NCBI RefSeq assembly: GCF_003918875.1
Contig: NW_025767635.1
Coordinates: 1,302,001-1,366,000 of the forward strand
Origin: Haliotis rubra
Lineage: Eukaryota
DNA length: 64,000 nucleotides
Direction of reading: 5' to 3'
The notes beneath the pieces are model-generated. The model did not search any database. It saw only the letters and a program-made list of their open reading frames with translations, and was not told the origin of the DNA. A program made the position numbers and the translations under genes. Numbering within the stretch: position 1 is the stretch's first letter; each line of letters opens with the position of its first letter. Below, piece by piece: positions 37,672 through 49,729 of this stretch.

Positions 37672-40250
37672 ATGGCTGCTTCCTACTGTCAAGTGAGTTC
37701 AATTTTCCGTATCATGTGATCATCCCCTTTACATGCTTAATGAAACCATGTAATAACAGGCCTTATCTCACGCGGTGGAGAGTTTGGGTCGTCTGCTGTG
37801 GGTATGTCGTCTGCTGTTGAGTAGTTCCATACGAAGTACAAGTGAGACAGAAAGTGATCGTTCGGGAGATTTGGTTGCTAATGTAAACAATGCTTGACGA
37901 ATGTGGAAATAGGGCCGTGAAAGAAACCAGTGACAGTTGACATGCTGGCTGTGCTCATTTAAAGCCGATTTCTTGTGCAATACATCGTGAACACACCAGA
38001 CATTGTTCTCGTGCACCAACAACATTGTGATAGAACACTAAATACGACGGCAGTACTTAACGGAGGACTGCGGCACACTACAGCGCAGTTGTCTCCCTTG
38101 TATTATAATACGTACATCCCTATAGTCACATTTTCTGGAAACCTTTTCCCACTTCTTTGAGAGGCGTTTACAAGCTGGGGTACTAAAAGGACAGGAATAT
38201 ATGGATGAACATCTTCTATATTACAATAGGAGTCACGTGCTTGCAAACGGCAAAAGAGCCTACCTTAACGCGTAGCTTCTATTGAAATACATAAGATGTT
38301 CACCTATACATTTTCTAATACTTCTAATCTAGTTGCAACTTCTGTTAAACCGTGAGACTTTTCTGTGTGAGGTTATAAATGTTGCATGTAAATATCTACT
38401 GGGAGGAATACTTCAAGAGGACATGTCCTCAACCGAAACACTGGTCCTGAACACCACGACAAAATAACGTTTCTACCCCAAGTTTTCCTGAAGGAGTTTA
38501 GTCCGTGATCAGGGCCCCGTTCAATGAAGCAATGCATCATATAACGAACTGGGTTTCGACTCTAGGGCAAACGTTTGCTCAGTAATCTATCTTTCATTAT
38601 ATATATATATATATAACTTCAGGGTACAATCCGAGGGACGGACCCCGCCTCCTTCAACTCGGAGGATGCCGCAGACCGTCTCCGCAAGGCCATGAAGGGA
38701 CTGGGTGAGATATATCCCATATACTGAAGAGACTGGGTGAGATATATCCCATATACTGAAGGGACTGGGTGAGATATATCCCATATACTGAAGGGACTGG
38801 GTGTGATATATTCCATATACTGAAGGGACTGGGTGAGATATATTCTATATACTGAATGGACTGGGTGAGATATATTCCACATACTGAAGGGACTGGGTGA
38901 GATATATCCCATATACTGAAGAGACTGGGTGAGATATATCCCATATACTGAAGGGACTGGGTGAGATATATTCCATATACTGAAGGGACTGGGTGAGATA
39001 TATTCCATATACTGAAGGGACTGGGTGAGATATATCCCATATACTGAAGGGACTGGGTGAGATATATTCTATATACTGAAGGGACTGGGTGTGATATATT
39101 CCATATACTGAAGGGACTGGGTGAGATATATCCCATATACTGAAGGGACTGGGTGAGATATATTCCATATACTGAAGGGACTGGGTGAGATATATCCCAT
39201 ATACTGAAGGGACTGGGTGAGATATATTCTATATACTGAAGGGACTGGGTGAGATATATTCCATATACTGAAGGGACTGGGTGAGATATATTCCATATAC
39301 TGAAGGGAATGGGGGAGATATATCCCATATACTGAAGGGACTGGGTGAGATATATTCCATACACTGAAGGGACTCGGTGAGATATATCCCATATACTGAA
39401 GGGACTGGGTGAGATATGTTCCATATACTGAAGGGACTGGGTGAGATATATTCCACATACTGAAGGGACTGGGTGAGATATATCCCAGATACTGAAGAGA
39501 CTGGATGAGATATATCCCATATACTGAAGGGACTGGGTGAGATATATCCCATATACTGAAGGGACTGGGTGAGATATATCCCATATACTGAAGGGACTGG
39601 GTGAGATATATCCCATATACTGAAGGGACTGGGTGAGATATATCCCATATACTGAAGGGACTGGGTGAGATATATCCCATATTCTGAAGGGACTGGGTGA
39701 GATATATCCTATATACTGAAGGGACTGGGTGAGATATATCCCCATGTACTGAAGAGACTGGGTGAGATATATCCCATATACTGAAGGGACTGGGTGAGAT
39801 ATATCCCATATACTGAAGGGACTGGGTGAGATATATCCCATATACTGAAGGGACTGGGTGAGATATATCCCATATACTGAAGAGACTGGATGAGATATAT
39901 CCCATATACTGAAGGGACTGGGTGAGATATATTCCATATACTGAAGGGACTGGGTGAGATATATCCCATATACTGAAGGGACTGGGTGAGATATATTCCA
40001 TATACTGAAGGGACTGGGTGAGATATATTCCATATACTGAAGGGACTGGGTGAGATATATCCCATATACTGAAGGGACTGGGTAAGATTTATCCCATACA
40101 CTGAAAGGTCTCTCTAATCCTATAATACATACATGTACATATACAAACACTGATTTTGAAATGCATGCAATACTCAACATCACAAAGTAAAAAACAATCG
40201 TACGTACTCAACATTACACACACATCGCACGCACACACAGACACACACTG

Positions 40251-40289
<39 letters not shown>

Positions 40290-43200
40290 GCAAACACACA
40301 AGCATGAACATCCCACACGGGCGCACCGATATACGTGTATATGGCTATACATGCACTTAATACGAATCGGACGCCAAGTGAAGGTGTACACAGAGTTACT
40401 GATATATGGCATACAGTTCCCGGACCCTTCTCTCCGGCTGCATTGTCACCTGTATGTATGGAGACGCGCTTGTTGCAGGCACAGACGAGCACCAGATCAT
40501 CCGGGTTCTCACGGAGCACACCAACGCCCAGCGGCAGGAGATCAAGGACAAGTACAAGACGTGTTTCGGCAGGGTATGTGGCTTGTCTAGGCGGACGTAC
40601 AGATACAGGGCAAAGAACCTACACGTCAAATGTGCACAAATATAACTCACTAAAAGCTTGTGTCGTATAGGATTCAAACATATGCCCACACATCCCTGCA
40701 AGTGTTTAGGCTAACCTTTTCACATTTGTAGAGTGTATTGTCTGCGAATATAAGGTATTCGCTGCAACAGTTTTCTATTTTCTGGAGGGGCGGTGGGATA
40801 GCCTAGTGGATAAAACGTTCACGTCACGCCGAAGACCCGGGTTCAATTCCCATGGGTACAATGTGTGAAGGCCATTTCTGGTGTACCCGCGTGATAGTGC
40901 TCGAATATTGCTAAAAGCTGCGTAAAACTAAACTCACTCACTCTATTTTCTAAAGGATCTCATTGAAGACCTAAAGAGTGAGCTGGCGGGTCACTTCGAG
41001 TCCCTCTGCCTCTACCTGTTGATGCCGGCGAGGTACTTCGATGCCTTCTGTCTGAAGAACGCCATGAAGGTATGTGAACAGCGGACTGTTTAACAAATAC
41101 CAATGTGTTGAAGGAACCCCATGTTACTCATACCTGAGTATGATTGTGTTGTTTCAGAGACTCGGCACCAAAGAGTCTCACATCATCGACATCCTGGTGT
41201 CCAGGTCCAACATGGAGATCCAGGACATAAAGACTGTCTACAAAGGTGAGCAGACAAGATAGAAAGGAGTGTAGGAACAGACTGTCTGTAACCTTGAACA
41301 TACGATAAAGACTGTTAGTCTGAATGGCGTGTACTACCTGGGGAGATATGTATTACAGTGTGTACAAGAAGTTCGTTTGTCTTCATCACGTAAATGCCAT
41401 CTCCACTGTTTCCCAGAGTTGTTCCAGTCCGACCTGGAAGAGGACATCAAGTCGGAGGTGTCAGGTGACTTCCAGCGCGTGCTGGTTGGTCTCGTGCAGG
41501 GCAGGAGATCGGAGGAGCAGACGGTTGATGACGACGCCGCCAAGGCCGACATGAGGGAGGTGTATAACGTGAGTATCAACTTCTCAAGGCCGACACGAGG
41601 GAGGTGTAGAAAGTGAGTATCAACTCGTCAAGGTCGACATGAGGGAGGTGTATAAAGTATCAACTTGTCAAGGCCGACATGGGGAGGTGTATAAAGTGAG
41701 TATCATCTTGTCAAGGCCGACATGACGGAGATGTGTAAAGTGAGTATCATCTTGTCAAGGCCGACATGAGGGAGGTGTATAAAGTGAGTATCATCTTGTC
41801 AAGGCCGACATGGGGAGGTGTATAAAGTGAGTATCATCTTGTCAAGGCCGACATTAGGGAGGTGTAAGTATCAACTTGTCAAGGCCGACATGGGGAGGTG
41901 TATAAAGTGAGTATCATCTTGTCAAGGCCGACATAAGGGAGGTGTAAGAAGTATCAACTTGTCAAGGCCGACATTAGGGAGGTGTATAAAGTGAGTATCA
42001 TCTTGTCAAGGCCGACATGAGGGAGGTGTATAAAGTGAGTATCAACTTGTCAAGGCCGACATGAGGGAGGTGTATAAAGTGAGTATCAACTTGTCAAGGC
42101 CGACGTGAGGGAGGTGTATAAAGTGAGTATCAACTTGTCAAGGCCGACACGAGGAAGGTGTACAACGTATCAACCTGTCATGGTCGACATGAGGGAGGTG
42201 TATAAAGTGAGTATCATCTTGTCAAGGCCGACATTAGGGAGGTGTATAAAGTGAGTATCAACTTGTCAAGGCCTGTTGCATGACGTGAGGACCTGTTTGT
42301 CATGTCCCAGAGACAATCTCATTCCCTGTGGTACCAAAGGCCGATGTACCTTGATACTCGCAGTTGAAATCCTGAAATTTCACCACGTTATGAAAATATA
42401 TAATTCAGCAATACCGTTGTAGGTGCAGAAGACTTATCACAAACCAGTTAAAGTTTCAGTTAATAAATTATTTACATATATTACATGAAATGTCAACATA
42501 CATCTGTGTACCTCTCTCTGGTACAAGGGATAAAACTCATCGACCGCTTCAACAAACAGAACCAAGGTTCAGACTTCAAACCTAAGCTGAACTTGTGTGT
42601 TTTACGATGTAGGTATGTATGCATGCTGTACCTTGGTATAAAGCCGCTTCATGTTCGATGTTCGCAGGGAGGTGAGGGACTGAGATTCGCCACGGACGAG
42701 GATGTCTTCAACAAGGTGCTCGTGACCCGCAGCATCCCTCATCTTAGGAAGGTGTTTGAGCTCTACAAGGAGTACGCCAGCAAGGATATAGAGGGCGCCA
42801 TTATCGGCGAGATGAGTGGAGATACACAGAAAGCTTTCCTGGCAATAGGTGAGTCAATACACATTCCTAGATCACCACACACACACATACAGACAGACAG
42901 ATATACATACACTATATTTACGTACAAGTCAATAATGCCCGAGTTCGGCCAAACGCTACTTTGAGCAGTAGTTCAGTTGTATCAGGGGTCACGTGGGAGG
43001 AAAGCATTAAGTGATGTATGTCTCGGATGTTTACCAGGTGGAAGAGCAATGTTGACAAACCTAGAAACTAATCAGGGCGAACAAGGGACTGAACTCATGA
43101 TCATAGATTCCTGAAACACATAAGGGATACAACTCTAGCACCTTTATTATTGCAATGAACGTGTTTCTCTTCGACTCTCTAATCCAACAATCTTTACTTC

Positions 43201-43996
43201 CAGTTTATTACGTGAAGGACCCCTTAAAGTTCTTCGCCAAATGTCTGTTTGAGAGTATGGACGGAGTGGGAACCGATGACGAACGCCTGATGCAGTTGGT
43301 GGTGTCCCACTCTGAGGTATGTGGGGGTAGGGAGTGCGAGGTGAGGGACACCGGGTGTTTCAGCAGTATCACAAATACCTGTCAATATTAGAGGAGCTTA
43401 AGAAAAACAAATGATAGCACGAACAACGATGTTCCTTGTCAGAGAGACCCGGTCCTCACTGGGTTGTACAGTACACATGACATACGGAGGACCTGGGACA
43501 GACCCACAAATTGAGACTAGTCAGGCCAACTCGCTGTCCTCTTTTTTTATCAATATCTTTCAAAGCATGCATTAGGTTACTGGCAACATTTAGAATTGGA
43601 TCGAAAATGACTCCAGGTGATGATATGTTGAAGGATGCATTAGGATGAGACGATAATAGTCAGGCCACCAACCAGTTAGGGGGCACACATTGTGTGACTT
43701 GGTAAACAGAGTCATCATACGCCGACCATGTGATCATTGAATTGTCTGTTCAGATTCGACTATTTACGGATCGCCCCCATACAGTTGCCATATTAATCAG
43801 TGCAGTGTTAACAAACAATACACGTTGACAGGTGGACCTCCAGGACGTGGCGGATGTCTACCAGAAGGAGTACAAGGCAACCCTGGCAGAACACATCCGG
43901 AAGGACACCTCAGGCGACTACCGCAAGCTGCTCCTGCAGCTGACGCAGGGCGGGGAAAGCCAGGGAGTCGCCGGACAAAAGAAGGAGTCAAGTTGA
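37672..43996 (+). CDS. Annexin, 336 aa; exons 37672-37692, 38623-38704, 40479-40573, 40956-41069, 41158-41245, 41417-41568, 42668-42848, 43204-43316, 43832-43996
   Basis: Four annexin repeats (LRKAMKGLGTDE, NAMKRLGTKE, GEGLRFATDE, ESMDGVGTDD; DLKSELAG, DIKSEVSGDF, GEMSGD, KDTSGDYRKLLL). All introns are GT-AG with consistent phases; total 1011 nt. The first 21-nt exon (MAASYCQ) is less certain. Confidence 0.95.
38693..40107 (+). repeat. 32-bp minisatellite made of the annexin exon-2 end plus 5' splice site (tgaagggactgg|gtgagatatatcccatatac)
   Basis: ~44 units filling most of intron 2; the first unit overlaps the coding exon. Confidence 0.96.
40216..40300. repeat. (CA)n-rich microsatellite
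   Basis: cacacacaca run at ~40259-40286. Confidence 0.85.
40784..40941 (+). mobile_element. tRNA-SINE family A with a 10-bp TSD, inserted in the annexin intron-3 pyrimidine tract
   Basis: TSD tctattttct at 40774-83 and 40942-51; acceptor AG at 40954-55. Confidence 0.92.
41541..42272 (+). repeat. 44-bp minisatellite made of the annexin exon-6 end plus 5' splice site (caaggccgacatgagggaggtgtataaa|gtgagtatcaacttgt)
   Basis: ~17 units; the first unit is the last 28 coding nt plus 16 intron nt. Confidence 0.95.
43590..43824 (+). mobile_element. Degraded SINE family B copy ending at the last annexin acceptor
   Basis: Similar to 62988-63230 (ttagaattgg, gacttggt, gaattgtctg, tatttac.ga.cgcc, aacaaac tail). 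Confidence 0.6.
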
Positions 43997-44678
43997 AGTC
44001 AGGATCACACTTCATCATTTCATGCTCCGACACCTGGTGCCATTCTGTCACATGGACGATGTGTTTGCCAGACACTAGAGAGACAGAAGCAGGATATTGA
44101 AGGGCCGGTGTCTCTTGGTTCCAGTCACCTATATCTCATATGTAACATGTAGAGTACACAAATTAGTGACACAACATACACTTGCCTCCTATCTTATGTT
44201 CCAGGGTATATCTCAGCCATGACTAACAGGAGCATTTTGTGGCAGCTCAGTTACCACAGATGTGCCCAGGTATTCTGACAGCCATTGACTTGATGCAATT
44301 AATCCTTTCATTATTAACAAATATTTCTGAAAATTAAAAAACCCACTTCCACCTATGATCCTCTTCCTTCTGGCTTCAGTACCAGGCTATGGTTGAGGCC
44401 ACCACTCATGTTGTGCGATCCTGTTACACTCACTATTGTGGTGAAGATCTCAAGGAACACACACCATGAAGTACATGCCTGCAATACGACCACGTCAGAC
44501 TTAATAGTAGGTCTACATATGAAAATCTTCAAGTCAGTAGGTTTACTTGATGTTGCCTTGCATTTCCATGACAGTTTCATAGTTATTCAGGAGGTTAGCA
44601 ATGCTCGTAATTTCTCGTTTGTACTTGTGACATATACTGGACATGAATTCAATACTCCCATTACATTGCCACTGACCT

Positions 44679-45133
44679 CACAGCACACAACACTACACAC
44701 CACCACACACACACCACCACTACACTACACACACCACTACACACACAACACACCACTACACAGCACACAACACCACTACACAGCACACAACACTACACAG
44801 CACAGCACACCACTACACAGCACACAGCACACCACTAATCAGCACACTACACAGCACACAACACTACACAGCACTAATGAGCACAACACCACCACACAAC
44901 ACACCACTACACAGCACACAACACTACACAGCACACAGCACACACCACTACACAGCACAGCACTACACAGCACAACACTACACAGCACACAACACACCAC
45001 TACACAGCACAGCACAGCACCACCACCACAACACAACACTACACAGCACAGCACACAACACTTCACACAACACTACACAGCACAGCACACACCACACACA
45101 CACACTACACAGCACAGCACACAACACTACACA
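44679..45133. repeat. Low-complexity CA-rich repeat (cacacaacactacacag variants)
   Basis: Degenerate acac/acta/acag pentamer-type repeats. Confidence 0.9.
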
Positions 45134-45768
45134 TCATCCCTCAGGGGCACTTATCTCATAACAATAACAGCAGGAAATAAGGGGTCCTTGGAACATAACT
45201 TACAAACTAACTGAAGAAATAGGGTTGTTTTTTGTACAGCACTATTAATGCATGGTCAATAATATCTTCAGTTCAAATATTAACTACAAGTAGAACAAGC
45301 TTACTGGCAGTGCTTGCTGGTATTACAAGGGAAGTAACTCTTGGACTTGTCAGCATCTCCAAGCTTTTGATATTTTTGCATTCTTATTTGTATTTCAGCC
45401 AATGATGTCATGGTCAAACTCACCCAATTACTAAACCTGTAGTTGTGACAATAGTCAGAGGAATGTCCTTGCAGGATAGGGCAACACTTGCAATAAAACA
45501 TGCAATGCTGTGTAGCACATTTCTACCTTATTCTAACACAATTTGTAGCAACTTTACTTATTACTGTTCTGTAAGAAATAAAACGTTTAAGCCGGACAAC
45601 TTGCTTCACCGTCTCGTGTATTACAGCAGCCATGTTGAAGGAGTCAGTGTGGCAATGTATGGATGTTAGATCTGGGAACAGTATTTGTTGTTTAATAAAT
45701 GTTGGCACTGAAAGCCTCAAGAGAGTGGTATAGACTCACATGTTCTTGTTTCCATCCGCCTTGTCATA

Positions 45769-46587
45769 CATCAGCCACTGGAGATCTATTCCCACCTCAA
45801 CATCAGTCACATCTATTCCCCACCTCAACATCAGAGAGATCTATTCCCACCTCAACATCAGTCACTGGAGATCTATTCCCACCTCAACATCAGCCACTGG
45901 AGATCTATTCCCACCTCAACATCAGTCACTGGAGATCTATTCCCACCTCAACTCTGGAATCATCAGTCACTGCCATTGGAGATCTATTCCCACCTCAACA
46001 TCAGCCACTGGAGATCTATTCCCACCTCAACATCAGCCACTGGAGATCTATTCCCACCTCAACATCAGTCACTGGAGATCTATTCCCACCTCAACATCAG
46101 CCACTGGAGATCTATTCCCACCTCAACATCAGCCACTGGAGATCTATTCCCACCTCAACATCAGTCACTGGAGATCTATTCCCACCTCAACATCAGCCAC
46201 TGGAGATCTATTCCCACCTCAACATCAGCCACTGGAGATCTATTCCCACCTCAACATCAGCCACTGGAGATCTATTCCCACCTCAACATCAGCCATTCCC
46301 ACCTCCATCAGCCACTGGAGATCTATTCACCTCAACATCACTGGAGATCTATTCCCACCCCACCTGGAATCATCACCTCACTGGAGATCTATTCCCACCT
46401 CAACATCAGTCCACTGGAGATCTATTCCCACCTCAACATCAGCCACTGGAGATCTATTCCCACCTCAACATCAGTCACTGGAGATCTATTCCCACCTCAA
46501 CATCAGCTCACTGGAGATCTATTCCCACCTCAACATCAGTCACTGGAGATCTATTCCCACCTCAACATCAGCCACTGGAGATCTATT
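45769..46587. repeat. 32-bp minisatellite (actggagatctattcccacctcaacatcagcc)
   Basis: ~25 tandem units. Confidence 0.95.
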
Positions 46588-47519
46588 CTCTGGGAAGCCA
46601 TGTATCATATATTTACTTTAAGGCGATGGAAATTCTTATCACTGCATCTGACCAACGACATGATTCATAACAATTACATGTGTAAATTCAAGGTTGAACT
46701 TGAAGTCATATACAATTACAACCTAAACATGACATGAAGAAAAGTCGTCAAATCCCGTTTGACTGAGCCGAGTACACTTGCCCAAAGCGATCTCTGTGCT
46801 ATGATGATCACAACTCCAATATCCTAACACAGACTTACGACAGTTCTAGCAGTTAGATCACATGTCATACAATAAAACTTCTCCTGGAATGGGAAGACTC
46901 AACACTGGTTATATTACACAACAATGGTTTTATATGTTTGTGTGCATGGATGCATGTGCATGGTGTTTCTGTCATAACATGCCTTTGGGTGTGGGTGAGT
47001 GAGTGGGTGATGGAGCTGACAGTGTGTGGCATCGGCAACATCTCGGCCTTGAAGCAGAGGGAGCACATCCACACAGCAAGGCAAACATGCATCATAAAGC
47101 AAACCATACAAAGGAAAAATACATATTTAATAATGAACTTGTATATACTCTGTAAACAAATATGACTAAGACAAGATAGATCAACATAAGTACCCAGTCA
47201 GTTGATAAGTGTGCGCTCTATGTTCATTGTCAGCTAACTGGAGACAATACTACCCAACAGTCCGAAAATGCTACCTGGTACCCACTGACTGCTGGATGGA
47301 CAGGGTCATTTCTCTAACTTGCCTGAAGAGACAACACATGCGCTATATGGACTGAAGTACAAGAAGCTGGACTGAAGCAGCCGAACACAGTCAGCCTTCA
47401 TACTACTCTACCCTGTCTGAGGTGTACACAGCCATCTGCTGCATCACCTGATCAGGCAACAACAATTTCCTTTATATATACAAAACATAGAACTGGGTGT
47501 TGATATGTAGAACGTATGT

Positions 47520-47863
47520 CTGAAATACACAATGCCATTTTAGAAAGTGGTCAAATGTAACATATATTTTATTTGGGATTACACTTTCTTAGTAAAGTAG
47601 ATTCTAGTACTTTTTGGGTTGAGCCCCATCCGGGATTCGAACCCACACCCTCAGAGTCAGGCACCTAATCGCCAGCACACAAAGTCAGAAGCTTAGACCG
47701 TGGAAGCTGCGGTGGCTGAGCGGTCTAGGCGTCTGACTTTGTGTGCTGGCGATTAGGCGCCTGACTCTGAGGGTGTGGGTTCGAATCCCGGATGGGGCTC
47801 AACCCAAAAAGTACTAGAATCTGTACTTTACTAAGAAAGTGTAATCCCAAATATAACATGTGT
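47520..47863. mobile_element. Head-to-head pair of tRNA-Leu-like SINEs inside one 12-bp TSD
   Basis: 47520-47700 (minus) mirrors ~47720-47863 (plus); A-box tggctgagcgg and B-box ggttcgaatcc; tagaacgtatgt at 47508-19 and 47864-75. Confidence 0.88.
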
Positions 47864-48137
47864 TAGAACGTATGTATTTTTATGTTCTGATCACATACAA
47901 TCAGTCTGGTCAACCTGAGAATTAGCCGGTTAGGGCTGTGTTGTCATAATTCAGGGCAACTTGTAGTGAAACCTATAATCATGGCATGTTGAATGTCCTC
48001 ACACAGTGGCAAGCGGGCAACGGGAACTGTTGAATAATATATCATAAAAGAAGTGATCAATCTATTATAATTCACAGTGTCCATTTATTGAAGTCTCGTC
48101 CCCAAAAGACAACAGCTGCAGGCCATGGAGGACGAGA

Positions 48138-49729
48138 TCAAACTGACAACTTCGTGAGATAATTTTTGAGCAAGTCCATAGCTTTTCCACGATGGGAAAT
48201 AGTGTGCTTGACACTTTTGTCCATTTCAGCATATGTCTTATCAAAGCCATCTGGCTGGAAACATGGATCCCATCCGAAGTCTGTTGAGCCACGTGGAGCC
48301 ACAATGGAGCCAGGGCACCTCCCATCAAATATGTGTATGTCTGAACCTTCCTGCCCGGATGAGTACGCGAATACACACTGAGCGTATCCTGTTTTGTCCT
48401 CAAACCCTGCCAGCATCTTGTGCAGACCTGAGGAAGACAAAGAAGATGGACGGATGGATACAACATTAGGTCTCAGTTGAAAGGTATCAACAGAACGTCA
48501 CCATGTAGAGGCATGAATGTTGAGGTTCACACAATGGTACTGTCGACGATGTCCACATTTACTACCCCTCATTTTGGGCATATTGGCTACTGCATTGTCT
48601 TCTTCAACGTTATACCCAACTGGAACCTTTTACTTTGCAGAAAGCTATGGAGTATGTCATGTGGTACTATGCAGGGATGGAAATAACTCTAAAATTGCTA
48701 GTGTACTCCGGTACAGTGGCACGTATAAAATCACTTGCCCTGAAATTTTTTCCACTATACCGTCTGTTTTCTTGTTGATTTTTTAAATAAACAACATAAT
48801 TAACATTGGAAAGTCAACTGGACACTGGTACAGTGTGATATACAAATTTGCTTGCCTGACAGAAAAAAACACTGGACTCGGACGTCGGGCAATGGGTTAT
48901 TTCCACCCCTGCTATGTGCCAAATAGTTCTGCATATATTTTCAAGCTCACACCTGATGAACAGGCTTCACTGACATCAGCTAACATGGAGGATGCACATT
49001 CTTTATTCTTTACATCATACGATTGTTTTATCACTTATCACCTTCTGGTCCCACACTCTTTAGGAACCATTTGACATATGGTCCTGGGAGACCACCAAGG
49101 GCATTAAAACAAAGGCTTGTATCTTCCACAATGACTGGTCCCTTGATGTGTTCCGCAGCTTACACTTAGCTCGAGCAATTTCCTCCGGAGTTCCCTGATA
49201 CTCGGGCAAGTCAATGTCCTGACTCTTCACCTAAAACAGGAAGACTGTCTGGGTAAGGGTGAGTTTGGTGAAAGTCAAATATGACAATGGTCAATAACAC
49301 ATTAACACTTACTGACTTAGCCGAAACCCATTAGTAGGGACAGAATAAGGGTCATAATCAGGACATCTCTAGCACTGAAACCCATGAGAAGTGAATCCTG
49401 ACATAGAAAAGGGACACAACTTTGTTCATATAAAGTGAATATGTTTTCTATCATCAGGTTTTGATGCTGAAAGTAATCTCTACCATACCTGCAGTAGGAT
49501 AGCCTCACAGTGACATTCAGTGTCATTACGTCAAAAGTCCAGATCTCAGCCCTGGTCCAGCTCTATCTGGTTTGTCTGCCAAGAACGCTAGTTACTGGTG
49601 ATCATGCTCCTCATTACATGCAGTGTCATACCAGATGCTAACCTTATGTGGAAAGTCAGGGCCAAGAATTTGTACAATTTCTTCCAGCTTCTTCTTGTTT
49701 CCTGTGACAAGGACGATCTGTCGGGCCAT
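48138..49729 (-). CDS. ITPA: Inosine triphosphate pyrophosphatase; exons 49729-49643, 49230-49042, 48427-48138; apparent frameshift near 49160
   Basis: Ham1-family motifs [56 protein letters not shown] and ISHRGKA; GT-AG introns. Confidence 0.95.

Noticed and set aside
9510-46737. Long repetitive ORFs (e.g. 10553-11317, 13505-14842, 26466-27518, 38654-40183, 44393-45214, 45699-46670) as proteins
   Set aside because: They coincide with minisatellites, are open in several frames or strands at once, and some lie in annexin introns; they are artefacts of stop-free units.
47706-47800. Functional tRNA genes here and at 11336, 31221, 40784 and 53303
   Set aside because: Acceptor and anticodon stems do not form properly, and all but 53303 continue into a shared SINE body and tail.
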